Positions 49,982 to 62,218 of a DNA stretch of 64,000 nt are shown here, one piece after another. Position 1 is the stretch's first letter; each line of letters begins with the position of its first letter. The stretch is from Octopus vulgaris (Eukaryota). A program made the translations under genes and the position numbers. The stretch spans positions 74,834,001-74,898,000 of the forward strand of contig OX597819.1 in assembly GCA_951406725.2 (NCBI GenBank), given 5' to 3'. The notes beneath the pieces are model-generated. The model was not told where the DNA came from and did not search any database. It saw only the letters and a list, made by a program, of their open reading frames with translations.

Positions 49982-50894
49982 TAACATCTAAAAGATGCTT
50001 TTTCTTCCTTCACTTTTGGTAAATGTAGTTTCGACCAACAGGAATTGAGGTCATCAGTCTCTATCTAAAGATCGACGGTTTTGATCCTGAACTGAAAGAC
50101 CCTCTGAGTAGGAGGTCAACAGAAGGGGGTGCCAAATCACTGCTCATCATCATCATCTCCTAGCTTCCAGCGTAAGTGTTCCTCCTTTCTCGCTCCATAA
50201 CCAGCAACAGGCTCTTTCTGCAGCCTCTCCCATCCAGTGCACACCTACCTTTCGCTTTTTCCCTCTTGTTCCAATGGTTGTAAGCATTCTTCATACTGAC
50301 TGGACAGGGAATATCCACAATTCCCCTCGACTGGAAATAGCAAAGGCTGCAATCCCTTCTCCTTGAAAACGGTTCGGGTATATACAAATATACACACGTG
50401 AGTGCGTGTGTGACATACTTTCGTTTTATGGTCACAAAGTGGAATGTCAAATAGACATCTCACCTCCACTTTGTCCAGTTTTCTGTTTTCAAGAACGAGA
50501 ATTACGATTTGGAGGTGGGGGCACCTTTTCCCTCCTCCCATCAACCTTTCCCTTTTAACTTTTATTCGATTGTGGAAGAGGAGGAATTCCACGTTTCAAA
50601 ATACGGAAAGATAACCATTCTGATTTTTGTTTTTCCAATGGCAACTACTTTCGATAATTTCCCGATTTTCACTTTGTGGTTAGAAACCGAAAGAACTCAG
50701 ACAGACATTTGGTACGTACAAACAAACAAGTGTGTGTGTATCGCCATGACTGATCGCTAAATCCACAAGCTTTTTTTAAATTCTCTCTTACATCCCTTTC
50801 CGTTGAAGGGCATAAACTCAAAACGTAAAGGATTTTCTCACTTCAAACTAATACACCAGCTTGTTGTTTACACCTGTTTTCATATATATATATA

Positions 50895-51294
50895 TCTTTA
50901 TATATAAAAGTCAAGTTCTGTGTCTGTCTCCTACGATTTAGATTCCTAACTATTCCCACATTTTGCGGTGCAGTGTAACCAAAAGCGGGTGTCTTATAGT
51001 CGTGATTCATATCGAGCCCTTCTGGGTATTAGCGCGCGTCTACGATGAGTCTACGATTTAAAAAATAATTTACCATAATTTTTTTCCATTTTAATGCATT
51101 TTTTCGCTATTATATAAGGGAAGTAACTCTCTAAAAATGTCTACGATGAGTCAACGATTTAAAAAAAAATTTACCATCATTTTTTTTTCCATTTTTATTA
51201 AATTTTTCTTTGCTATTTTTTGGCTATAACTCTCTAAAAATGCTTATATAGTTATTTCCCTTACAAACCCGAGCAACGCCGGGCGATACTGCTA

Positions 51295-51295
<1 letters not shown>
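50895..51295 (+). mobile_element. Non-autonomous Helitron with an internal tandem duplication of about 100 bp
   Basis: A|TCTTTATATATAAAAG 5' end. CCCGAGCAACGCCGGG hairpin at 51268-51283 and CTAG|T at 51292-51295. 'GTCTACGATGAGTC...' is repeated at about 51038 and 51139. Confidence 0.88.
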
Positions 51296-51349
<54 letters not shown>

Positions 51350-51370
51350 TATACACATATATATGAAGAC

Positions 51371-51408
<38 letters not shown>

Positions 51409-51546
51409 CTTTCGGTATGGGCACAATGTCTATCACTTCTCAAAACATGTGTATTTGTTTGTTTCTGAAGAAGATCGTCGCATACCGTAAAATTTTATTT
51501 TTTTTACATATGTGGGGTGGGGGGAAACGGGATCTTTTGAAGTCGG

Positions 51547-51828
51547 CGTAAAAGCGAAAGTGACAGAGAAAGCGCGATTGGATCAGGGAAGTTCTTTAGA
51601 AGTTGGCGTGCCGTGTGTGTGTTTGATAGGGTGTGCAAGACAGAAAGTGTGGTGTGTATGTGAAGTTTTTTTTTGTTAGTGTGTGTGAAGAGACACAGCA
51701 ATGGTGCTGGTGTGTGTGCATGTGTGAGAGAGAGAGAGAGCTAACCGAAATTTTTTTTATTCACTTTTGTATGTATGTATTTATGTATGTTTGAATGGCT
51801 TCAGTGACACACACACACATATATACAG

Positions 51829-51881
<53 letters not shown>

Positions 51882-52109
51882 CATACATACACACATACAT
51901 ACAAGATCTACATATATATTCATATACATATAAATACATACCTACATATATATATATAGATAGATAGATGTACATATATATACATAGATGTGTATATATT
52001 ATATATATAAAGATTATATGTATATATACTTACATAGCTGTACATATACATATATACACACACACACACACACACATATAAACATAGATGGATACATAGA
52101 TGTGTATAT

Positions 52110-52141
<32 letters not shown>

Positions 52142-52335
52142 AATACATAATCTTTCTCTCTCACACACACACCAGCTCCATTGCTCTCTCTTCACATACA
52201 GTAACAAAAGAACTTCACATACACATCACCCTTTCTGTCTCGCACACCCCATCAAACACACACACACACACACAGAACACGCCAACTTCAAAAGAACTTA
52301 CCTGACCCAATCGTGCTCTCTGTGTCTCTTTTACG
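51547..52335. repeat. Inverted repeat, arms of about 190 bp around a microsatellite loop
   Basis: 51547-51740 is the reverse complement of about 52150-52335 (e.g. GATTGGATCAGGGAAGTTCTT vs AAGAACTTACCTGACCCAATC). Confidence 0.85.
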
Positions 52336-54082
52336 ATGGGCCGTGTGTGTGTGTGTGAGTAAGAGAGAGAGACAGAAGACAGACAGACGTGCATCCAAAT
52401 GTGTGTATGAGTGTGTGTGTATTTGTATGTATTTTGTTTTGTCGATCTCGTTTCAGAGTCTGCAATATCAGCCAGAAGAAGCATTATGTACTTATATATT
52501 TTGGAACGAGGCATTTCTCACAGCTTCCACTGTAACCAATGGCACCAGAACAAGTTCGTACTTGACGAAGTTGCATAATAACGATCTACAGGTTTATAAC
52601 TAATACAGGGCAAGTAGAAAATACAATAGAAATAAAGAGGAGAGCAATAAAAAAAAATAATAATTGAATAAAACCCAGTTATAACAGAAGTAGGTACTTC
52701 TCGGTTTGATAGAGAGAAGAAATTACTGAAGCTACCTACGATCGAGATGGTAGCATAATTATGAAACCTACACAAAATACACAAATAGCAGCACTGTCAG
52801 GCAAAATGCCAGCGCACTTACGCAACACACTAGCATACTAGTTCATAGTAGATATACAGAAATGATATACCGTGAAGCACTATCATTATCATCGCCATTA
52901 TTCGTAGTAAGGCGGCGAGCTGGTAGAAACGTTAGCACGCCAGGCAAAATGCTTAACGGGAGTTCCTCCGTCTTTACATCCTGGGTTCAAATTCCGCCGA
53001 GGTCGACTTTGCCTTTTATCCTTCCGGGGTCGATATAATCGATTTAACCCTTCCCCGCCAAAAAAGTTTGAAGCCTTGTCTATAGAAAGGATTATTATTA
53101 TTATTATCATCACCATCATCGTCAAATTCCACCGAGGTCGACTTTACCTTTCATCCTTTCGGAGTCGATAAATTAAGTACCGGTCGGGCACTTCGGCTCG
53201 GCATAAATGACTCGTTCTCAACCCACTAAAATTGCTGGCCTTGGGCCAAAGTTGGAAATCATTATTATTATTTCATTTCGCTACAAGGACCAACTTCATA
53301 GTGGCAGCAGCAGAACGCCGAGCGCCACTGCCAACTTGTCGCAAAGAAATATTTACAACTTGAAATCGAAATTAGTAATTAAAATTAACCGAAAATTTAT
53401 TAGGGTATCGCTACATTTTGGTGCACCACTAACCTTAGTTCTTCATAATTCTTTTCATAATTTGTATTGAATTACTGGAAATTTTCCGATACATTTTCGA
53501 AGATGCAGATGAAGATCATGTTGAAGATTTTCCGCCTTTTTTTGTTCCCCCCTCTCTGCTTTCATTCAATCGGTAATCAAAGGAACAACGTATGGCGGCT
53601 GGCAAAATTGCGATCTTTCAGAGAAAATCAATCAAAAGTGAAGTTATTTGTTCACCAATTTCCGTAAACTTTTTTTTTTTTTTGATTTCTAAAGATATTT
53701 TTTCAGTTGAATCGCTTGTTTTCATTCGCTGTTTGGAAAACCGACAGTTTATTCAATTAACGTATACGTAAGTTACCATTTATTGAATGGAAATTTTTTA
53801 AATACCCGTATAATTTTTGAACGCGGGATAGCTGTGAGAAAAGCCTAGAAAGTTAGGTAATTACTATTAGAAGACGAGGGGAAGAAAAAAAGTTACCGAA
53901 AAGTACTTGAAACTTGCACCTTATTCACAGTTTCCAAACACTCTGTACCACTAAGCCAAATATCTACACAAACAAGTTGCACAAGCGACTTCAACAGTGG
54001 CACACTCGCGCGCACAATGAAAAGCAATGAATGTGTGTGTGTTTGCTGATGACTGACAAAACTTCGTGTTGCATCACTTTTG

Positions 54083-54448
54083 CGAAGTTTTGTCAGTGAA
54101 CAGGTCGCGGTTTCAAAGTGAAGAAAATATTTTGGCACAGATGAAATTTTAATGTTGAAGTGAAACTGGTACCACTTAAATACAGAGGTCCCTTAACGAT
54201 ACAACATAAATACAGGTGTCACATACAAAACATTTTAAATGTACGCTGTGTGGACGTGTAATGACACCCTAACCCTAAAAACTAACCCTCTCCTTCATAT
54301 CACATCAGGACCCCTGTATTTAAGTAGTGCCGTGAAACTAACGGTTTCTGTGTGTTCTTGAATGGATTACAAACACCTACGCTGCAATTGTTTTTGTTTC
54401 AGCACACGACCTCAGATCAAGCCACTTGCTATGCAAGTACATCTCCGT
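54083..54448 (+). mobile_element. Family E Penelope-like repeat with hammerhead-like motif, interrupted by a MITE
   Basis: TTTTGTCA-GTGAACA-G-GTCGC-GGTTTCAAA-GTGAA-GAAA-ATATTT-TGGCA. The remainder matches 46210-46345. Confidence 0.7.
54168..54331. mobile_element. 164-bp MITE with GG...CC ends and 8-bp TSD (Merlin-like)
   Basis: TSD GTGAAACT (54160-54167 and 54332-54339). TIR GGTACCACTTAAATACAGAGGTCC / GGACCCCTGTATTTAAGTAGTGCC. Internal CCCTAACCCTAA. Confidence 0.9.
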
Positions 54449-55501
54449 AATTTTTGAAGTCACTGTGGATAAATGCCAGCAATGACCTTCTCAAGCTCGC
54501 CAATATTTTAATTTCTCAACAGAAACAATCGGGGGCAGGGAGTGGGGTTTCAAAAAATTCATAATTTCTCAAATTTTCTTTTTTATAGCAAATAAATGTA
54601 ATTATGGTGGGGGTGATATTGAAAAACAGCAATACATGTGAGAGTGATAAAGAAACAAGAAGGGTTGTCTTTGGATGTGCTAGAAACAACAGCCAAATCG
54701 CCTTTAAATCACTTTTCCCTCTGAAAATTCTTTTACTCTTTTACTTGCTTCAGTCATTTGACTGTGGCCATGCTGGAGCACTTTGATATTAAGTCAGGGG
54801 CGTATACATCTGTAGTAATGCCCTCTTATTTATACGATTTTTTTTCATTTCATGTTTATTTCATTATTTGTTTGCAATGTTCTCCCCCCCCTCTCTCTCT
54901 CTCACACACACACACTGCAAAGTTTACAGAAGGGCTGCTTAATTGAAATCTCTATGTTGCTTTGAGGAGAAGGTAAAACTTGACAAACTGTTTCTCCTTC
55001 TGTTGTTGGACTACCGTGATGTTTGTAGATTGTGAAATTATCAAGGGACTAGCAGAAAACCGCCCGGAGGGCGGTCTTTCTGCTAGTATATAAATATACA
55101 TATACTTTTATTTCACTCATTTGACTGCGGCCAAGCTGGAGCACCGCCTTTCGTCGAAGAAATCAACCCCAAAACTTATTCTTTTGTAAGCCCAGTACTT
55201 ATTCTACTAAGTTATGGAAACGTAAACACACCAACATCGGATGTCAAGCGAATGGAGGGAGACAAACTCAAACAGGAACACACGCACACACACATAACGA
55301 GCTTCTTTCAGTTTCCGTCTACCAAATCCACTCACAAGGCTTTGGTCGGCCCAAGGCTATAGTAGAAGACACTTGCCCAAGGTGCTACGCAGTGGGACTG
55401 AACCTGGAACCATGTGATTGGTAAGCAAGCTACTTATCACACGGCCACGACTGTGCCTACCCACAGCCACGCCTGCATGTGTGTGTATATGTGTGTATGA
55501 C

Positions 55502-55542
<41 letters not shown>

Positions 55543-55757
55543 GTATAAAGAATATATATATGTATAAATATATATGTATGTATATGTGTTCTTTTCTTTT
55601 ACCTGTTTCAGGCATTAGACTGCGGCCATACTGGGGCACCGCCTTGAAGGGTTTTAGTCGAATAAATCGACCCTAGAACTTATTTTTAGAAGCTTAGTAC
55701 TTATTCTATCGGTTTTTTGCCGAACTGCGGTGTCAAGCGGTGGTAGGGAACAAACAA

Positions 55758-55812
<55 letters not shown>

Positions 55813-55915
55813 GCCTTTACTCATATGTAATGGTGTATTAAAGTATTGATTGGGTATCATCGGATAGTTGATGTTTTATTGATTTAAGTATGTTTCTCCA
55901 TTCTCTAATTTTGTA

Positions 55916-55970
<55 letters not shown>

Positions 55971-56254
55971 ACGGGTTTCTTTCAGTTTCCGTTTACTAAA
56001 CCCTCTCACAAGGCTTTGGTTGGCCCGTGGCTATAGTAGGAGACACTAGCCCAAGGTGAACCTGGAACCATTTGGTTGGCAAGCAAGTTTCTTGCCACAC
56101 CTGTATAGTGGATTCCAAAGTAACAACACAATAACAAATTGTAAAGAATACTATAAAAATTTATTAACTCCAAGCGCACACCCCTCACCCCCGCTGCCAA
56201 AGTTCACAGTTAATCTGTAAACTGAAATACTGAACTTAGCTAAACTGGAGAGAC

Positions 56255-56402
56255 CAGTGGTTTCCAACCCTCTTATTCAAATGAGTTTTTCCACAGACCC
56301 CTTTTAATATGCTTATCCGTATGTGTATATATGAAATTTTGAATCTAATTTACGGACCCGCAGACTACAAGGGGTCCGTAGACCCCAGGTTGGGAATCAC
56401 TG
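56255..56402. mobile_element. hAT MITE
   Basis: CAGTGGTTTCCAACC / GGTTGGGAATCACTG. TSD-like GGAGAGAC / GGATAAAC. Confidence 0.8.
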
Positions 56403-57555
56403 GGATAAACCATAACATTTCAATTTTAAAAGACGAAATATTGAATATATACAGCTAAATCTTGATAGGAAGGCAAAAATACAACTTTTTTCGGAAAGAG
56501 AAATTATAGCGATAAAATTAAATGTGTACGTCGGCCAAGCCGTAACATAATATTAATTTTGGGTGACAAGTAATCATATATGTCTGTATATAGGTTTAGT
56601 TACAGAAACCGAAAATCAAAACATGAGTATATACCTTCTCACTTTTAATCGTCTGCAGTTGCAAAGTAATTGAAGGACCGAAAGTTTCGTGAAGGAGAAT
56701 TATTTAAATTATTTCAAAGTTTCAGAAATTCCTAAGTTGTAGTACAAACTGGTATAAATTCTTGTTCATAGGGCAACAAATATAATGTAAGTTGCAATGT
56801 TAACTAATAAAATGAAAGCTGATACACAAGGATCGCCAACTTAACATTATTATTGCACAACAGAAAATAAAACTGTATTAACCCGGTTATCATTATTATA
56901 AATACGAAATGAAAGTAGTCAGTAAAACTTGCATTTGTATAATTGTAGGTTAAACACAAAACGGGATTTTTTTCTTTATTCTATTGTGTCTTCTAATTTC
57001 ATGTTCTTAATGGATGATATTAATGAGGATAATGTTTACAGTGTTTCAATGTGTACAATGATTAATAACAAATTCCTATTCTTTTATCGAACCACTAAGT
57101 TACAGGGACATAAACACACCAACATCAGTTACCAAGCGGTAGTAGAAGAAACACACACACACACGATGGGATTCTTTCAGATTCCGTCTACCAAGTCTAT
57201 TCACAAGGCTTTGGTCAGTCACAGGCTATAGCACAGTGGTTCCTAACCTGTGATCTGCAAAGGTAGTACTGAGGGTCTGTGAACTAAATTCACAATTTCA
57301 TATATATATATATGAAATTGCGAAGATAATCTGGTACTTGACTGAGGAAAGAAAACTTCGAATGACCCCGTCCTTGTTTTCTTTGTATCGTCTATCTGGA
57401 TGCTTTGTTGTCCCATTTTGATAATCAGACTATGGATGACTAAATTACAACAGGTATATAGTCCATTGATTGTATTATAGTGCATTGTTGTACCATTCAA
57501 AACTTTTTATTCTTTACACACACTACACAATACTTCAAGCGAACTACAATACTCT

Positions 57556-57608
<53 letters not shown>

Positions 57609-57746
57609 GTAATTCACGAAAAAAACCAAAGACGAAGACAGGTGGTGTAGAAAACAAACAGATGTATTAGTATAACGCTCGGGAATTGAAAAAGTCTTTA
57701 ACGTTTCGAGCCAACGCTCTTCTACAGAAGTGCGTGTGTATGTATG

Positions 57747-57792
<46 letters not shown>

Positions 57793-57795
<3 letters not shown>

Positions 57796-58211
57796 GTCGT
57801 CGTCGACTTACGACCACAATTAGCTCCGACCTACCGGTGGTAAGTTGGCCTAAAGGTCTACATTGCTTTGTTTTATATTTTTTTACATTCTTGAGGTACA
57901 TTCTCAGGTAAAAGCCACACAAAGCATTCTGTATTATACTGGCGTTAGTCAAAAATTCCGGAACCTCAAGCAGTCGTCTTATAAACAAATACGAGGTTGC
58001 CTCGATGCCTCCACAACAGGATAGTCATCCAGCATTTTGGATAACCACAGTGGCGATCGATAACCAAACCTAGGGGAAGCGTTTGTCAGATGACATCATC
58101 CGTAGACGGAACCCATTAGACTATTTATTATTGCTGCCGGGAGCTGGCGCACCAATAGTCGTAAAGTCTATGAGCCGTAAGTCAGATTAGTCCTAAGTTG
58201 ATGACGACTTG
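57793..58211. mobile_element. pogo/Tigger-like MITE
   Basis: TA|CAGGTCGTCGTCGACTTACGAC ... GTCCTAAGTTGATGACGACTTG|TA. Confidence 0.8.
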
Positions 58212-58459
58212 TATGTGTGTGTGTATATATATAATAGGCATTATTAAATGGAATCCGTGGGAAAACTCATTTAAATAAAAGGGGTCTTTGACAGTGGAAA
58301 GTTTGAGAAAGTGTCACACACACTGGGAATGATGCCGGAACCATGTGGTTGGGAAGCAAACTTCTTACCACACAGCCTGCACCTATTAGAACGGTTTAAA
58401 AGGATATCAACTGATTATTTTTAAAAGACATTTTCATCAGCAAAATTGTAATCTATATC

Positions 58460-58557
58460 GGCGGAGGTAAAGAATACGTACACAACCGGTTTTCGGCGTA
58501 ACAAAAACCCTAACCCTTAATCATAAACACCGGGTGTACGGAGTCTTTACCTTCGCC
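58460..58557. mobile_element. 98-bp MITE with GG...CC ends and 8-bp TSD (Merlin-like)
   Basis: TSD TCTATATC / TCTATACC. TIR GGCGGAGGTAAAGAATACGTACAC / GTGTACGGAGTCTTTACCTTCGCC. Internal AACCCTAACCCT. Confidence 0.85.
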
Positions 58558-60734
58558 TCTATACCTTTGAAAATGTAGTTCAGCAAACATTTCATTAAAT
58601 ATAAATAATTTCAAAAGTTATGAGGAAGCAAATTCGGAACGGGGCATCAAACTGTAATTCTGCCGTCTTATCATATTCCCGGACAGCAGTGAACAACAGC
58701 TGTGACGAAAACAGCAGCAATAATAATTATCCACTTTCTGTCGAATCGGTCCTCTTCCCCTTTACTAAAGATAATTCAAGCAGGTTTAATGAAATGAATA
58801 ATATTTATATTAATAACCCCCGGAGAAATTGAAGGCTAGATGATTTCAATAACATGGGGGGAAAAAAATTAATAAAAGAAATACTTACATCTGGCCGAAT
58901 CAGATAAAAAGAAATTATAGGTGGAGAGATCTACAAGTTGTTAGATATTCGTGCATTCCTTGGGAGACGTTGCACCGAGACGGGTACCAAGGCGCTTGGA
59001 GAGCTTGACCAGCTGTGTGAAACCGGTTTAATACGTAAACCGAATTTATATGTAACGAAATAGGACGAGAGTTGGAGAAAAAGTACAATTAGAGAAAGAA
59101 ATATAATTTCTGTTTTAGAAATATCTAATCGTTTATAATATATTTAGAAAAAAAAAAAAAAAACAGCAAAATGTTCGATGTGTGACAAACTGAAAGTCCT
59201 TGGAATTTGAAAACGGAAAAATATATTTAAAAAAAAAAACAATTTTATAAATACCTGTTATGAATATTTTCATATTTTGTTTTATTTTCACATGAAAACA
59301 AAACGAACTCTGATTCTGACGTATTATTAGCACATGCAGAACAATAACATTATATATATATAATACACACACATACATACACACACACACACACACACAC
59401 GACAATTTGTTTAAAGTTATCTCATAACTTCGAAAAGTTTTCATAAATATTTTTGGTCAATGACAAAAAAAAAAAAAAAATGCCGTATTTATTTGTTTAT
59501 ATATATATAAAATAAATAACCAAAACTAAATTTTAAAAAATTCTAAGTTATATTCTCTTACCTGGAATTCGCTTGGTTCATTTCGGTAAGTCATTTCGCT
59601 GGAAGTAACTAAATTGTTTCTTTCAAAAGGCATAATACCTGCTTTGCTATTTGCTCTGCACTTTAATCGTATTCAAGATAAAATTCCTTCCCACAGACTG
59701 ATGTAACTTCAAAAGGATTTTCAAAGATGTTATTTAACTTTCGTCTCCCACTTTTTTTTATTCGTATTTTCTTGTTTTTCATCGAAAAAGACTAAGAATA
59801 AAAAATGAATTAAATTTCATCCCAGTTGACACTTCCTACACATAATAAATCACCAGAGAACAATTCTGTCTTTTCACCTCGAGAAGCTTAACCGTAAATA
59901 AAAGTTTTTAAAAGGTGATATTGCCAGGTATATTTCGTAGGAAAATCAAGAAATATAGTGTTCGATGTCGCGACAAAGAGGTTGAAAGTTCTTCACTTTT
60001 CTTCTGTTATTTCTTTAAGGGACCGTTCCGTAGGTGTCGGTAATGGAGATAAGAAATAAAAAAAACAACAGCAGCAGCAGCAGGTGTATCTATTGTATAC
60101 AATACCAAAAAGCGAATGTGTAGAAGCTTACCAACTTGCTGTTACGAAGAACACGTAATTGGAACCCGATACACAAACTGGAATCTTGCAGAGAGAGAGA
60201 GGATGAAGCATTGATGTAGAGCGACGAAAGTAACCTACTCTGTGTGTGTGTGTGCGTGCGCGCACTTCATACATATGAATGTGTGTGTGTGTGTATATAT
60301 ATATATATTATATATATATGTATACATATTTATATACATATACATGCCTAAATCGATTCTCTATCTCTCTCTCTTTCATACATATTAATGTGAATATATT
60401 CATGTATCGATTGTGTGTGTGTGTGTGTGTGTGTGTGGTGAGTTCATCCAAACACATTACCAAGAAAACTCAGCTGGTGTGTCTGCTTGATTTTAATCTA
60501 ATCTAAACGGTTAGATTAAGCCATGAGTATCATTATAGTACATAGATACAATTATACACACATAGATATGCATTTATGCCCGTGTGAACATACACACTCA
60601 TGCGTAATTATGTATTGTGTGTATAGACATACACATATATATTCATACATACTCTAACACGAACACCCTCATACATACATACGTACGTACATACATACAT
60701 ACATACATACATACATACATACATACATACATAC

Positions 60735-61738
60735 TATTTACATTTGACGGATATTTGTCCTCATTTTGTTTGTTGTTAACTCAACATTTCGGTTGATATA
60801 CCCTCCACCCTTCATCAGGTGTCTTGGGCATATGGTGTAGTGGTTAAGAGCGCAGGCTACTAACCCCAAGATTCAGAGTTCGATTCCAGGCATAATAATA
60901 ATAATGATAATAATAATAATAATAAATGCCCTGATGCAGTACCAGGCAGTGGCTCTCATGGCTTCTGATCTTAACTGATTGGAAGTGTTATCATGTACAT
61001 TGTTTTGTTTTGGTATAAAAGATGGGCTACAGCAAATATTCTGCTCAATACCACAGATTTGCTTGTCAGTTGTTTGACCATAACCAGTTGAGCATGTCCC
61101 TTAGTGGCTGACGATATGTGCATCTCTGATCACGAGCAGAAGTAGTGGGGGAGCATCATAGCCATGTGTTGAGAGAGATTCTTTGGGGTTTGAATAATTC
61201 ACCTCTGGAAACATGGGTGTTTCTTTCAACATCCTTAAACAACCCTTATTCAGGGACCTTTTGAGCGGGATGGGCTACTCAACCTGAAGAAAATTCTTAC
61301 TGGGCTCCACCTGCAAGGTCATGTGCTGTTTATCTTGATATAAGATCACCATGTCGCGCACATATGGTTGTGATGCATGTGCCTGGTGTACCCTTATCAG
61401 ACGGGTAGTCATGATGGGTATATTGGGCTTCGTATATTTTACCCCAGTGTCACTTTGATGGCATGAACTGCTCTCTCACTCAATAATAATAATAATACAC
61501 GAACTTCCAACCTGTTGTCTCTTGAGGTCTCTGGGTGAGACTTGAAGCCAACTTGTACAAATATAAAGCAAAAGTCAAACATAGAATAATAATAATAATA
61601 ACAACTACAACAACAATACCTTAGGAATGAGAACCCGGGTTCGAAATTTCCCCAAGATACTTGATGAAGGCTGGAGGGTATATCAGCCGAAACGTTGTGT
61701 TAACAATAAACAAGACGGGGACAAATATCCGTCAAATG
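60735..61738 (+). mobile_element. Family D tRNA-SINE with a 94-bp inverted tail at its 5' end and two nested insertions in its (AAT)n spacer
   Basis: Inverted tail 60735-60828, tRNA head 60827-60892, nested 560-bp repeat 60925-61481, second insert about 61500-61585, body and tail 61615-61738. Confidence 0.85.
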
Positions 61739-62017
61739 AAAAAGTTAGTTGATCAAAGAATAAGTAATTAGGTTTAGTTGTTGATTTTATTTGAGCAGTA
61801 ATGAGAGATTTAATCTGTTTGTTTTGGGAAGAAGGAGGTTATTGTTCATAGTTCAAACTAGCATGTAAAGCTTTGTGATTTATGTGTATTTATTTAGGCA
61901 TGTCACCTTTAGGTCATGGAGTGTTAAATATGGAATTTTCTATACTAGAAATACCATAACCTAAAGCTGACAAACATAAACACACATACACATATATATA
62001 CGTGCAGATATTTATAC

Positions 62018-62065
<48 letters not shown>

Positions 62066-62086
62066 CAAATATATGTACATATATCT

Positions 62087-62124
<38 letters not shown>

Positions 62125-62168
62125 TAGATAGATAGATATATATACACATACAAATATATGTACATATA

Positions 62169-62218
<50 letters not shown>

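Noticed and set aside
50160-50760. Overlapping 83-115 aa ORFs with donor-like sites
   Set aside because: No recognisable homology or coherent exon structure by eye.
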